Positions 8,962 through 19,486 of a stretch of 64,000 nt of DNA are shown here, piece by piece. The notes under the pieces are model-generated. The model searched no databases. It saw only the letters and a list, made by a program, of their open reading frames with translations, and was not told the origin of the DNA. The DNA comes from Candidatus Latescibacterota bacterium (GTDB taxonomy: Bacteria > Latescibacterota > UBA2968 > UBA8231), in assembly GCA_965200315.1 (NCBI GenBank), contig OZ241362.1, positions 416,001 through 480,000 of the forward strand. The letters are read 5' to 3'. The translations under genes and the position numbers were made by a program. The number at the start of each line of letters is the position of its first letter. The stretch's first letter is position 1.

Positions 8962-11031
8962 TTACTTCTTTAACAGAGCCTTGTGGCTGAGCCGCATCTT
9001 GCCGCCGGTATCGATTTCGAGGACCTTGACGGCGATCCTGTCCCCTTGCCCAACGACGTCTTCGACCTTGTCCACGCGCCGATGCGCCAGCTCGGAGATG
9101 TGCAACAGGCCCTCCTTGCCAGGCAGAATCTCGACGAAGGCCCCAAAAGGCATGATCCGTTTGACCACCCCGTCGTACTCTTTACCGACTTCGGCGTCGG
9201 CCGTGATTCCCTCGATCATGCGCCGCGCCTCTTCGGCTGGACCTGCTTCAACCGAGGCAATGGTAATCGTGCCGTCTTCATCGACATTGACCGTGGCACC
9301 GGTCTTTTCGATCTCGCGGATGGTTTTGCCCCCCGGGCCGATGACCGCGCCGATTTTGCTCTGGTCGATCTTGACAAACTCAATGCGCGGTGCCCAGCGC
9401 GAAAGCTCGGGCCGCGCTGGGCTCAGACATTCGTTCATAAGGGCCAATACTTGGTCGCGCCCCTCCTTGGCGCGGTCAAGGGCCTCCTTGAAAATGTGGA
9501 GCTGCAAACCCTGGATCTTGATGTCCATCTGAATCGCGGTAATTCCGTCCTTGGTGCCAGCGACTTTGAGGTCCATGTCGCCGAGAAAATCTTCGGCGTC
9601 GCGGATGTCGGTCAGTAGCTCGTACTCGTCCCCTTCCTTGACCAAGCCCACACCCGTGCCGCACACCGCAGTTTTAACGGGAATACCGGCGTCCATCAAG
9701 GCGAGCGAGCAGCCACACACCGTGGCCATAGAACTGGAGCTGCTCGACTCGGTTATGTCGGACACTAAGCGAATCGTGTAGGGAAAAGATTCAACTGATG
9801 GGATGACCGGCTCTAAGGCGCGCTCGGCCAAATGCCCATGGCCGATGTCCCGCCGTCCCGGCCCGCGCTCAAAGCGCACTTCGCCAACCGAATACGGCGG
9901 GAAATTGTAATCCAAGTAATAGGACTTAAACCGCTTGCCTTGCAGATCGTCGGCCATGCGCTCGTCGAGCTTAGTGCCCAGCGTCGCCACGCAGAGCGCT
10001 TGCGTCTGTCCACGAGTAAACAGCGCCGAGCCGTGCGTCCGCGGCAACACCGTACTCTCGCAGGTAACGTCTCGCACCGCGTCGAGTGCGCGGCCGTCGA
10101 TGCGCCGCTTTTCCTTGAGGATCATGGTGCGCATGTCGGCCTTGAGTAGCGCTTCTAGCTCGGCCAAGATGAGCTTTTCCGAGTCTGGAAAGCGCTCGGC
10201 CAAACCCTCCAAAACGTCGGCATTGATCGCGTCGATGCGCTCTTGTCGCTCTTCTTTGCGCGGACTTCTGTTGGCCTCGGCGATCCGTTCTTGCGCCAGC
10301 TCGACAACGGCGTGGACCAGTTCGGGCTCGGCTTCTGCGACCTCGACGACAATTTTCTCCTTGCCGACTTCAGCAACCAGCCGCTCCTGTAGATCGACCA
10401 GTTCGGCGATGCATTCGTGGCCAAAGGCCAACGCATCCACCAGATCTTGCTCGGCAATCTCGTGGGCACCCCCTTCGACGCTGACGATGGAATCGGCCGT
10501 ACCGCAGACAATGATTTCGAGATCGGACTCATCTAGCTGGGCGGAAGTCGGATTGGCGACAAACTCGCCGTTGATGCGCCCGACTCGCACGGCCCCCATG
10601 GGGCCAGCAAAGGGAATGTCGGAGATACTCAAGGCCGCTGAAGCCCCGATTAAACCCAAGACATCAGCGTCGTTTTCGCCATCGTACGAAAGCACTGAAA
10701 CATAGACTTGGATCTCATAGGGAAACTTCTTGGGAAACATCGGCCGAATGGGGTGATCTATTAACCGGGCACTCAGGGTTTCCTTTTCGGAGGGACGCCC
10801 TTCGCGCTTGAAGATGTTGCCCGGTATCTTGCCGCCAGCGTAGGCCTTTTCCCGGTAATCTACGATCAAGGGCAGAAAGCCCCGATCTTCCGGCTTGTTA
10901 GTCCGGCAGGCTGTTACCAGCACTACGGTCTCTCCGTATTGCATCCACACAGCCCCGTTGGCTTGCTTGGCGATTCTGCCCGCTTCAAGCGACAGACTCC
11001 GCCCGCCTATTTCGCGTTCGAGTTTAGTCAT
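8962..11031 (-). CDS. pnp: Polyribonucleotide nucleotidyltransferase (PNPase)
   Basis: Two RNase PH domains (RLIDHPIRP, HGSALFTRGQTQ, GDMDLKVAGT), KH (IGPGGKTIR) and S1 domains. Confidence 0.97.
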   Translation of the reverse strand: MTKLEREIGGRSLSLEAGRIAKQANGAVWMQYGETVVLVTACRTNKPEDRGFLPLIVDYREKAYAGGKIPGNIFKREGRPSEKETLSARLIDHPIRPMFPKKFPYEIQVYVSVLSYDGENDADVLGLIGASAALSISDIPFAGPMGAVRVGRINGEFVANPTSAQLDESDLEIIVCGTADSIVSVEGGAHEIAEQDLVDALAFGHECIAELVDLQERLVAEVGKEKIVVEVAEAEPELVHAVVELAQERIAEANRSPRKEERQERIDAINADVLEGLAERFPDSEKLILAELEALLKADMRTMILKEKRRIDGRALDAVRDVTCESTVLPRTHGSALFTRGQTQALCVATLGTKLDERMADDLQGKRFKSYYLDYNFPPYSVGEVRFERGPGRRDIGHGHLAERALEPVIPSVESFPYTIRLVSDITESSSSSSMATVCGCSLALMDAGIPVKTAVCGTGVGLVKEGDEYELLTDIRDAEDFLGDMDLKVAGTKDGITAIQMDIKIQGLQLHIFKEALDRAKEGRDQVLALMNECLSPARPELSRWAPRIEFVKIDQSKIGAVIGPGGKTIREIEKTGATVNVDEDGTITIASVEAGPAEEARRMIEGITADAEVGKEYDGVVKRIMPFGAFVEILPGKEGLLHISELAHRRVDKVEDVVGQGDRIAVKVLEIDTGGKMRLSHKALLKK

Positions 11032-11121
11032 TAGATATATCTTTTACTCTTTCCTTTGGAGTTTTGAAATCTGCGCGGCACTCGTATGAGCACCGCAGTG
11101 AGTCGAGTCGTTTAATGCGAG

Positions 11122-11388
11122 CTAACGGCGCAATCCCAACTCGCGGATCAACGCCGCGTACGCCTGCGGGTTTTTCTTTTGGTAGTAGCTTTGCAATCGC
11201 CTCCTCTTGCCTATGAGGACGAGTAACCCCCGCCGGGTGGCAAAGTCCTTGCGCTGGTCTTTGAGGTGTTCGGTCAGGTTCCGAATGCGCTCGGTAAGAA
11301 TGGCAATCTGCACCGGGGTGGCCCCCGGACCGCCCTCTTGACCGAACTTCTCGATCAGTTCTTTCTTGCGCTCAGTTGTTATGGACAA
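11122..11388 (-). CDS. rpsO: 30S ribosomal protein S15
   Basis: VQIAILTERIRNLTEHL...RRGLLVLIGKRRRL; TTG start 6 nt after GGAGG. Confidence 0.95.
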   Translation of the reverse strand: MSITTERKKELIEKFGQEGGPGATPVQIAILTERIRNLTEHLKDQRKDFATRRGLLVLIGKRRRLQSYYQKKNPQAYAALIRELGLRR

Positions 11389-11810
11389 CGGCAACCTCCG
11401 TATTTCACGCCGCGCTTTCCGCCTTCAGCACCGGAGGCGAATAGGGCGCGCGTTTGGTTAATGTCTTTGCGGATTTGTCCTACCAGCTCGTCTGGACAGG
11501 CAAATGCGCGTTGGTCGCGCAGCTTTTTTACGAGGGCAACCTGTAGGGTTTGTCCGTAGAGGTCGCCGGTAAAATCGAGTATGTGCAACTCGATGACTAG
11601 TGCTGCTTCGGCAAATGTGGGCCGAGGACCGAGGTGAGCCACGGCCGGCAAAACCCCACTTATAGGGCCTTGTACTTCGGCGGCAAACACCCCCTGCGGC
11701 AAGGATTTATGGCCGTGGGGTAGCAAATTGGCCGTGGGAAACCCCAGCGTTCTACCGCGTCCTTGGCCTCGCGTGACGCGGCCGGAAAAATGAATGCCAG
11801 TGCCCTTCAT
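11379..11810 (-). CDS. Monofunctional riboflavin kinase (RibF C-terminal domain only)
   Basis: GRGRTLGFPTANL, GPRPTF, ELHILDF, DLYG; only 143 aa; sits in the usual truB-ribF-rpsO position. Confidence 0.88.
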   Translation of the reverse strand: MKGTGIHFSGRVTRGQGRGRTLGFPTANLLPHGHKSLPQGVFAAEVQGPISGVLPAVAHLGPRPTFAEAALVIELHILDFTGDLYGQTLQVALVKKLRDQRAFACPDELVGQIRKDINQTRALFASGAEGGKRGVKYGGCRCP

Positions 11811-12722
11811 CTAAGGTTGGCGCAAAACGCACAGGGGCCGCAATGCCCCCTTCTCCCACCGAGCGAGACCAAACAAGGTTTGTGCTGCGTCAAAAACTGC
11901 GCAAACTTCGCGCGGCCCTGCGCCAGTGGGGTGCTCAATTGCCTTCCCATGGGCAAAATCGACTAGCTTGCCTTCGCTCAGCTCCACGGCTGCTAGCTCG
12001 CTCAAGGCCAGTCGCGGATGGACGAGAGCCTTTTCAATTTGGCCTGCTCTACTCAGACTAGCTACTTGGTCTAACGTCAGGGCTTGGTCCAGCCCGAGAC
12101 CCCCGGCGCGCAGTCGGCACAATTCTGCCAAATAGGCACCCGTTCCCAAGGCGTACCCCAGATCGGCGGCCAGCGAGCGGATATACGTTCCCGCCGAGCA
12201 ATGGATTCTCACCCTTAGTCTGGGAAAATTGTAGCGGATCAATTCCATTGCGCGAATGTGAACTCGGCGGGATTTGAGGACCACCGCTTCCCCGCGACGC
12301 GCCCGCTTATACGAGCGCATCCCAGCTACCTTTACGGCTGAGTGCGCTGGCGGAACTTGGTCTATGACACCCGTAAAGTCGCGCAGGGCTTGGGCCACGC
12401 TTTGGTAGTCGGGAGGCGCGCAGTCGGCTTGGTGGTGGATCGGCCCTTCGGCATCGCCGGTAGCACTTACAGCCCCCAGACAAATCTCGGTCTCGTATTC
12501 TTTATCCGCGCCACTGAGAAACCGGTTGAGCCGGGTATAGCGCCCCAAACAAACGACCAAGACGCCGCTGGCCAAGGGATCGAGCGTTCCGCAGTGCCCA
12601 ATGCGCCGCAATTGCAACAGACGCCGGAGCGAGGCGATTACGTCGTGGGAAGTGGGGCCTTTGGCTTTGTCGATGACCAAAACCCCGGTCAGAGCCAGAT
12701 CAACCATGCTACGCGCTACCAA
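11811..12722 (-). CDS. truB: tRNA pseudouridine(55) synthase
   Basis: IDKAKGPTSHD, GHCGTLDPLASG, CSAGTYIRSLA. Confidence 0.95.
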   Translation of the reverse strand: MVARSMVDLALTGVLVIDKAKGPTSHDVIASLRRLLQLRRIGHCGTLDPLASGVLVVCLGRYTRLNRFLSGADKEYETEICLGAVSATGDAEGPIHHQADCAPPDYQSVAQALRDFTGVIDQVPPAHSAVKVAGMRSYKRARRGEAVVLKSRRVHIRAMELIRYNFPRLRVRIHCSAGTYIRSLAADLGYALGTGAYLAELCRLRAGGLGLDQALTLDQVASLSRAGQIEKALVHPRLALSELAAVELSEGKLVDFAHGKAIEHPTGAGPREVCAVFDAAQTLFGLARWEKGALRPLCVLRQP

Positions 12723-13053
12723 GACTATCGATGAGGGCCGTCAGGCGCACAGCGCGCTCGGTGGTTTCGTCGTATGCAACCCGCAACTGGGGTGCGTAGC
12801 GCAAGCGCATGCGTTGGGCAATCTCTCGGCGTATAAAACCCAAGCCCCGGTGCATCCCTTGGAGTACCTGCTTTTTGTCGTCTGCATTGCCGAGCGTACT
12901 GACAAAGATCGTGGCATAACTCATGTCGGCGGAGAGTTCTACATCCACTACTTGGACTAGCTGCAACCGAGGATCTTTCATCCGCCCTACGATGTCGGTC
13001 AACTCGCGCAGCAACTGCCCGCGCACTCGGCTAATTCGTTGCGGGGAGGCCAC
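12709..13053 (-). CDS. rbfA: Ribosome-binding factor A
   Basis: KDPRL, VELSADMSYA, LRYAPQL; located between infB and truB. Confidence 0.9.
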   Translation of the reverse strand: MASPQRISRVRGQLLRELTDIVGRMKDPRLQLVQVVDVELSADMSYATIFVSTLGNADDKKQVLQGMHRGLGFIRREIAQRMRLRYAPQLRVAYDETTERAVRLTALIDSLGSA

Positions 13054-13059
13054 CTGCCC

Positions 13060-13341
13060 TCAGTGTACTTCCATTTGGTAGTCGAGGATATGCACCCGGG
13101 GATCGCCTTCGACAAAGTTGACGATTTTGGTCAGCATCTCATCGCAGTGCTCAACGGCCGAACTCACCACGGCAATCCCCAACACCGCCCGCTGCCAAAG
13201 CGCGTGGTCATCTACTTCGGCCACGGCCGCGTTAAAGCGGTTGCGGATGCGCCCCTTGAGGCTGTTGAGGACTTGCCGCTTGTCTTTGAGCGAATGGCTA
13301 TCGCCGATATAGATTTGCACTGCACAGCTCATAACGATCAA
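13060..13341 (-). CDS. DUF503 family protein (YlxP-like)
   Basis: HSLKDKRQVL...RFNAAVAEVD..D.WQRA; conserved position after infB. Confidence 0.85.
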   Translation of the reverse strand: MIVMSCAVQIYIGDSHSLKDKRQVLNSLKGRIRNRFNAAVAEVDDHALWQRAVLGIAVVSSAVEHCDEMLTKIVNFVEGDPRVHILDYQMEVH

Positions 13342-13357
13342 AACAACTCAACCGCCC

Positions 13358-15721
13358 CTACAGCGTCCGCTCAGTCTCGACCATAACCAAGGATTCGACG
13401 ATGTCGCCTTCTGAGATGTCGTCGAATCCCGCAAATCCCATGCCGCACTCAAATCCCTCAGAAACCTCGCGCACATCGTCCTTGAATCGCCGCAACGAAG
13501 TAAGCTCCCCGGTAAAGACGACTTGGCTATCGCGCAAAATACGCACCTGATTGCTGCGGGCGATGGTGCCGTCTTGCACCAAACAACCACCAATCGTCCC
13601 CATGCGGGACGAGGTAAAGATCTGGCGGATCTCGGCCCGGCCCACCACCTGTTCTTCGGTCGTTGGGGCCAAAAGGCCAGCCAAGGCGGCTCGCACGTCC
13701 TCGATGACCTCGTAGATGATGCGGTAGTTGCGAATTTCCACGCCTTCCTGTGCGGCGAGGTCGCGGGCCGAGGGTTGGGTGCTTACGTGGAAACCGAGCA
13801 AAATGGCACTAGAGGCCGCCGCCAATAACACATCCGATTCCGAGATAGCCCCCACCGCACTGTGAATGACGTTGACCCGCACTTCCTCGTGGGTTATGCG
13901 GCCCAGCTCTTCGGCAATGGCCTCGACCGACCCATCGACATCGCCTTTGACCACCACCCGCAACTCTTGGATGTGGCCTTGCTGGATTTGATCGTGTAAG
14001 TCGCTGAGCGTAACCGTGCGCAGTTTGCGGTGATCCTGCTCGCGCTTGATGAGCTGCCGCCGTTGGCTGAGGTCCTTGGCTTCGCGCTCGGAATTGGCAA
14101 CGGCAAAAACATCTCCAGCTTGCGGCACCCCGGGCAACCCGAGCACTTGGACGGGCACGGAGGGTTTTGCTTCTTCGACGCGCTGGCCATGCTCGTCGAG
14201 CAGGGCGCGCACCCTGCCGCTGTGTACGCCGGTAATAAAAGGCTCGCCGACACGCAACGTTCCCTCTTGCACCAAAACTGTAGCCACGGCCCCCCGCCCC
14301 TTGTCGAGATGGGCTTCGACAATCGTCCCACGCGCTTTCTTATGGGGATTGGCCTGCAATTCGAGCAACTCGGCCACAATGAGGAGCACTTCCAGCAAGT
14401 GGTCTATGCCCTGTCCGGTCTTGGCGGAAATTTCGGCACAGGGAATCTGTCCTCCCCACTCTTCGATTAAAACCCCTCTTTCTGACAATTCCCGTTTGAT
14501 CTTGTCTGGATCGGCCGTAGGTAAGTCTATTTTGTTAATCGCGACGACTAAGGGAACCTGCGCGGCCTTGGCGTGATCGATCGCTTCAATGGTTTGCGGC
14601 ATGACACTGTCGTCGGCAGCCACGACCAAGATCACAATGTCAGTTACTCTTGAACCGCGCGCCCGCATCGCCGTAAAGGCCGCGTGCCCTGGGGTGTCGA
14701 GGAACGTCACGCCCCGACCATCTTCCATGTTGATCACATACGCCCCGATGTGCTGGGTAATGCCGCCAGATTCCCCCTCAACCACCTTGCTTTCGCGCAA
14801 GTAGTCGAGTAATGAGGTTTTGCCGTGATCGACGTGGCCCATGACGGTGACGACCGGCGGACGCGGCTCGGGCTCGCCGATTTCTTCCTCCTCGACGATC
14901 TCATCCAACTCGGCTTCTTCGGCCTCCAGCGGAACCACTTCAAAACCAAACTCATCGGCCAGCGTCTGCATGGTGTCCATATCGAGGCGTTGATTGATCG
15001 TCGCCATGGTACCCAACTGCAAACACAGGGCGATCACTTCGCTGACCTTGACACCGAGTTGTTCGGCAAATTCGCCGAGCGTGATAAACTCGCTGACTTT
15101 GATCTGGCGAATCTCACCATCTCCCTCGGCATCATCTTCGTGCGGGCCACGCTCGTAGCGCCGGCGCACCCGACCCTCGTTGAGCTGACTCAAGGTTCGC
15201 CGTACGCTTTCTTGGACCTCCTTGGCATCGGGTGCCCCTTTGCGCCGCTTCCCTCGTCGGCGCTTTGTCGGCGACCCGGACCCGGGCAAATTGGCTTGGG
15301 CGGTTACTTCTTGCTTCTCGCCCAAGCCTTCGCGGACACTTTCTAAGCCGTCCTGACCCTTGCCGCGGCGGCGGCCGCGCCGCCGCCCTCCCTCGGCTTT
15401 GTCGGGTAGGGACACGGTGCGCTCCTCGGCGGCCCCTTTAACGCGCTGCTTGCCAGTCGCCGCCCCCCTTTCGCGGCGACGCTCGGGTCGCGAGCCAGCG
15501 GCCTGTTTGCGGCTGTCCTCTTTGGCCTTCTGCCGCTTTACCTCCTCTATCGAGCTTTTCTTCTCTTCAGCCAGCTTGCGGTTGATGGCCTCCAACATCT
15601 CGGGCGTAAGTACGCTCATATGGCTTTTTACTGCCATGTCCATGCCCTTGAGCATAGATATGAGCGCATCACTGGACAGCTTCTGTTCTTTGGCTACTTG
15701 ATAAACCCGGCGCTTTTCCAA
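13358..15721 (-). CDS. infB: Translation initiation factor IF-2
   Basis: [32 protein letters not shown]. Confidence 0.98.
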   Translation of the reverse strand: MEKRRVYQVAKEQKLSSDALISMLKGMDMAVKSHMSVLTPEMLEAINRKLAEEKKSSIEEVKRQKAKEDSRKQAAGSRPERRRERGAATGKQRVKGAAEERTVSLPDKAEGGRRRGRRRGKGQDGLESVREGLGEKQEVTAQANLPGSGSPTKRRRGKRRKGAPDAKEVQESVRRTLSQLNEGRVRRRYERGPHEDDAEGDGEIRQIKVSEFITLGEFAEQLGVKVSEVIALCLQLGTMATINQRLDMDTMQTLADEFGFEVVPLEAEEAELDEIVEEEEIGEPEPRPPVVTVMGHVDHGKTSLLDYLRESKVVEGESGGITQHIGAYVINMEDGRGVTFLDTPGHAAFTAMRARGSRVTDIVILVVAADDSVMPQTIEAIDHAKAAQVPLVVAINKIDLPTADPDKIKRELSERGVLIEEWGGQIPCAEISAKTGQGIDHLLEVLLIVAELLELQANPHKKARGTIVEAHLDKGRGAVATVLVQEGTLRVGEPFITGVHSGRVRALLDEHGQRVEEAKPSVPVQVLGLPGVPQAGDVFAVANSEREAKDLSQRRQLIKREQDHRKLRTVTLSDLHDQIQQGHIQELRVVVKGDVDGSVEAIAEELGRITHEEVRVNVIHSAVGAISESDVLLAAASSAILLGFHVSTQPSARDLAAQEGVEIRNYRIIYEVIEDVRAALAGLLAPTTEEQVVGRAEIRQIFTSSRMGTIGGCLVQDGTIARSNQVRILRDSQVVFTGELTSLRRFKDDVREVSEGFECGMGFAGFDDISEGDIVESLVMVETERTL

Positions 15722-15735
15722 AACTATTCCCTCAG

Positions 15736-17115
15736 CTACTCAGCCCTTTGGTCTGCCTCATCTTCTCCGCTCGCAGCGGGCGCGGCGAGCACTTCTTCAC
15801 TTTCTTGCTCAGCCGCTTCTTCCTCCTCAGCGGCGATCCATGCTTCAACATCGACCTCACCGTGTTCGGCAAGGAACGCGGCGGCGGCGGCCTTTACTCC
15901 TTGGGCGGTTTCGGCTAGTTCTAGGCCCGGCACGGTCTGTAATAGCCCTGTATCGGCCTCGGAGATCGCGGTGATGGAGTCGAAACCGGACGTGGTCAAA
16001 CTCAGGGCGATCAACTCACTAATGCCATCTATCTGGCGGAATACTTGCTGGTATTTCTCCTGCTTGGCGCGGCGCTCCTGGTATTGCTCGTCGGTGATGA
16101 TATCTAGCCCCCAACCCGTCAGTTGACTGGCGAGTTTGGTGTTTTGTCCGCCCTTGCCAATGGCCAGCTTTAGCGGATCTCCTTCTTCGACGATCACCAC
16201 CGCGTGCCGACGGCGCGAATCCGTGATGCAGCGCACTACGGAAGCCGGGCTTAGGGCGCGGCTTATGAATATATCCGGCTCGTCGATCCAAGGAACAATA
16301 TCTATGCGCTCGCCACTCAATTCTCGGACGATGGCTTGCACCCGCGATCCCTTCACCCCCACACAGGCCCCAACCGGATCGACGCGTTCGTCTCTGCTGC
16401 TAACCGCGATCTTGGCTCGCTCGCCCGGCTCGCGGACCGCGCCGTGAATCTCGACGATGCCCTCGGCTATTTCCGGCACTTCTGTGGCAAAGAGCTTCCT
16501 GAGAAATTCGGGCCGCGTGCGAGAAAGCAAGACCTGAGGCCCCCGGCTCGACTTGAGCACCTCGTATATATAGCCCCGCACGGCATCGCCTTGGCGGTAG
16601 CGCTCGCGGGGGATTTGCTCTTTTTTGGGCACGGCGGCCTCGGCCCGACCGAGGTTGAGAATGATGTCGCCGTGGCTGATCTGTTGCACAGTACCGGATT
16701 CGACGAGTCCGACCCGACCGATAAATTCGTCGTATATTCGCTCGCGCTCGGCTTCGCGGACCCGCTGAATGAGAATCTGCTTTGCGGTCTGTATGGCGTT
16801 GCGGCCAAAGTCAGCGAAATTGAGCTGCTGTACCAGCACGGAACCTAGTTGGGCATGAGGGTCGATGTTGCGGGCGTCGGCGAGGAGAATCTCCATGGAT
16901 GGCTCGACCACTTCTTCGACGACGGTCTTGCGGGCGTACACGGCCATCTTGCCTTGGGCCGCGTCGATGTCAACTTCGTAATTTTCGGTATTGCCGTAGT
17001 GCCTTTTGGCAGCGGAAATAAGGGCGTCGGCGAGGGTTTGTACCACCAATTCCCGATCGACGTTTTTTTCGCGGGCAATCTGCCCCAAGGCTTCGACAAT
17101 GTTCGCGTTGTTCAT
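15736..17115 (-). CDS. nusA: Transcription factor NusA
   Basis: FGRNAIQTAKQ, S1 and KH domains, DPVGACVGVKGSRVQ, AIGKGGQN. Confidence 0.97.
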   Translation of the reverse strand: MNNANIVEALGQIAREKNVDRELVVQTLADALISAAKRHYGNTENYEVDIDAAQGKMAVYARKTVVEEVVEPSMEILLADARNIDPHAQLGSVLVQQLNFADFGRNAIQTAKQILIQRVREAERERIYDEFIGRVGLVESGTVQQISHGDIILNLGRAEAAVPKKEQIPRERYRQGDAVRGYIYEVLKSSRGPQVLLSRTRPEFLRKLFATEVPEIAEGIVEIHGAVREPGERAKIAVSSRDERVDPVGACVGVKGSRVQAIVRELSGERIDIVPWIDEPDIFISRALSPASVVRCITDSRRRHAVVIVEEGDPLKLAIGKGGQNTKLASQLTGWGLDIITDEQYQERRAKQEKYQQVFRQIDGISELIALSLTTSGFDSITAISEADTGLLQTVPGLELAETAQGVKAAAAAFLAEHGEVDVEAWIAAEEEEAAEQESEEVLAAPAASGEDEADQRAE

Positions 17116-17138
17116 GTTTTTTGCTCGACCTTCACTAC

Positions 17139-17591
17139 TTACAATTCTGGTTCAATGTTGGCTTTAGCAATGTCGGCGCGTGCCACGACCTCGGCTGGGC
17201 TGGCGAGCTGAATCTGGTCGGCTTCCCAAGTGACCAGCCGACCTTTGACCGCTCGGCCGGACGTGAGCACGACTTTTAGCAACCGGCCCTCGGCGCGGGT
17301 AAAATCCCCATCGGTCTCTAAGGGCCGGTCCAAGCCGGGCGAGGTAACTTCAAGCCGATACCGTCCGGCAATGGGATCTTCTATGTCGAAAATATCGGCC
17401 ACTTCGCGACTGATTGACTCGCAGGTGGCCAAGGTTATACCGCAATTTTTGTGAACCAATAATCTGACTAGTTGATTACCTTGGACGCCGCTGAGTTCAA
17501 TATCGACGAGTTCGGCCTCGTGCTCGCGGACAATGGGGTTGACAAGGGCTACTAGATCGGCCTTTGATGCGAATTGATCTACAGCGGAAAT
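17139..17591 (-). CDS. rimP: Ribosome maturation factor RimP (start uncertain; ATT at 17591 proposed)
   Basis: GITLATCESISR, YRLEVTSPGLDRPL; directly upstream of nusA. Confidence 0.9.
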   Translation of the reverse strand: MSAVDQFASKADLVALVNPIVREHEAELVDIELSGVQGNQLVRLLVHKNCGITLATCESISREVADIFDIEDPIAGRYRLEVTSPGLDRPLETDGDFTRAEGRLLKVVLTSGRAVKGRLVTWEADQIQLASPAEVVARADIAKANIEPEL

Positions 17592-17607
17592 ACGCGCTTT
17601 CCCTTTA

Positions 17608-17635
17608 ACAAAAAAGCGGGCTATAATGCCCGCGC
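17608..17635 (-). promoter_or_regulatory. rimP-leader-type attenuator hairpin
   Basis: GCGGGC-ATTATA-GCCCGC followed by TTTTTT immediately upstream of rimP-nusA-infB. Confidence 0.6.
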
Positions 17636-17711
17636 CAATTTGAAGATTATAAAATATGGGATTGTATTGATTTAGGCAAGACGACTTAACAGCCTTGGTC
17701 AAAGGCCAACG

Positions 17712-18134
17712 CTAGAGGAGACGCAGAATCGCACGCAGTTCTTTTTTAGTCTCTTCGATCATTCTGAATGCAGCCTCCCGGACTTGTGCAGATTTGGGGT
17801 CTGGCTGCTTCACTATTGAATCAGGATTGCTCTGTTGTTCAGCGAGCAAAGCAGATGCTTGCTCGCCAACCTGACGCAGGAGTTGGGGGTCGTCTTTGAG
17901 TTTCTTCTTTACGCCTTGCGTCGTATAGTGCTCCTCGTAGAGGAGGCGTTTGAGCAATAGGATGATTCCTATATCGCGCACTCTATAGGCCCTGTTTTTG
18001 CCACCGTACGCGCGACGCGGCCGCAAACAGGAGAACTCCTTTTCCCACGCCCTGAGCGTATAGGGTTGCAGCTGTGTGAGTTCTGCAACTTCGCTGATGC
18101 TGTAATACAGCTTGTTTTGCAATGGATTTTTCAC
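17712..18134 (-). CDS. MerR-family HTH regulator
   Basis: KLYYSISEVAELT.L.PYTLRAWEKEF..LRP; GTG start overlaps the der stop. Confidence 0.85.
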   Translation of the reverse strand: MKNPLQNKLYYSISEVAELTQLQPYTLRAWEKEFSCLRPRRAYGGKNRAYRVRDIGIILLLKRLLYEEHYTTQGVKKKLKDDPQLLRQVGEQASALLAEQQSNPDSIVKQPDPKSAQVREAAFRMIEETKKELRAILRLL

Positions 18135-19486
18135 GATCGCACTTCCCTGTATCCTGTGCGTTGACGCCAAGTGATGCGCAAGGGCGTTCCCTCGAAATCA
18201 AACTCCGACCTCAGTCGGTTTTCAATGTGACGTCGGTAATTTCCCGGCACGGAGCGGGGCAGATTCGTAAAGATCGTAAACGCTGGCGGGTTAATCGCGT
18301 GCTGAGTGGCGTAGAGCAAGCGAATGTCGCGGCCCTCTTGAGTCGCTAGGTACTCGCCGGATAGCTGCTGAATAATTTTGTTCAGGTGCGCGGTGGAAAT
18401 CCGCGTACGGCGCTTGTTGCCCACCGCGGCCACTACTTCGAGACACTTGTGAACCCGCCGCCCGGTCAAACCCGATATGCACAGCACTGGATAGTCGCGC
18501 AAAAAGGGATAGCGGTCGCGCAACTCGCCGCGGTACTCATCCGCAGCGCCCTCGGAGACTAAATCCCATTTATTGATCGCCACCACCAAGCCGCAGCCAG
18601 ATTTTATCACTTGCTCCATGATGCGAGCATCCTGCATGACCCACCCCTCGGCCCCGTCTATGAGCACAACCGCCACATCGGCTTGGTCGATGCTATTGGC
18701 CGCCCGGCGCGTACTGTAGAATTCCACTGGATCATCGACCTTAGATCGCCGCCGCAAACCGGCCGTATCCACGAACTGCAGGTGGCTGCCCTGCCAAGTC
18801 AAGCGCAGTTGCGTTGGGTCGCGGGTCGTACCGGGCTGGTCGTGGACGATGGAAACCTGATAGCCGGCGAGGCGGTTGATCAGGGTGGATTTGCCCACGT
18901 TGGGACGCCCGACCAAAGCAACTCGAACAGCTTCTTCGTCCCATTCTGGCCCATAAGCCCCGGCCTCGTCGAAGAGTGCAATGAGCGCGTCGAGCAAGGC
19001 ACCAGAACGCCGCCCGGTAACGGCTGAAATCGGCAGGGGCTCCCCCAAGCCGAGCCGGTAGAACTCGTCGAGCGGCGCGACCGGCCCTACTTTATCGACC
19101 TTGTTGACGGCCAGCAAGCACTTCCCTCCCCCACTGCGCAGCATGGCTCCCATTTCTTGGTCGAGATCGGTCAAACCCGTAGTCCCGTCGCAGAGAAAAA
19201 TCGCTATATCCGCTTCTGCCAATGCCTTTGCCGCTTGGGAGCGCACGGCCGCGGATAGCGCGTCTTTGGCACTGGGCATATAGCCCCCGGTATCGACCAA
19301 CGTGAAGGACCGCCCTGACCACTCGGCCGCGGCGAAGATTCGATCGCGCGTGACCCCGGGCTGGCCGTCGGTTATGGCCCACCGGGTTCCCAAGATACGG
19401 TTGAAGAGGGTCGATTTGCCCACGTTGGGCCGACCGACAATGGCCACGATGGGCCGGCGATGGTTTTCGACGGTTCGGGTGCTCAT
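18131..19486 (-). CDS. der: Ribosome biogenesis GTPase Der (EngA)
   Basis: Two tandem G domains (GRPNVGKST twice, DTGG/DTAG, NKVD/NKWD) and a KH-like C-terminus. Confidence 0.96.
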   Translation of the reverse strand: MSTRTVENHRRPIVAIVGRPNVGKSTLFNRILGTRWAITDGQPGVTRDRIFAAAEWSGRSFTLVDTGGYMPSAKDALSAAVRSQAAKALAEADIAIFLCDGTTGLTDLDQEMGAMLRSGGGKCLLAVNKVDKVGPVAPLDEFYRLGLGEPLPISAVTGRRSGALLDALIALFDEAGAYGPEWDEEAVRVALVGRPNVGKSTLINRLAGYQVSIVHDQPGTTRDPTQLRLTWQGSHLQFVDTAGLRRRSKVDDPVEFYSTRRAANSIDQADVAVVLIDGAEGWVMQDARIMEQVIKSGCGLVVAINKWDLVSEGAADEYRGELRDRYPFLRDYPVLCISGLTGRRVHKCLEVVAAVGNKRRTRISTAHLNKIIQQLSGEYLATQEGRDIRLLYATQHAINPPAFTIFTNLPRSVPGNYRRHIENRLRSEFDFEGTPLRITWRQRTGYREVRS

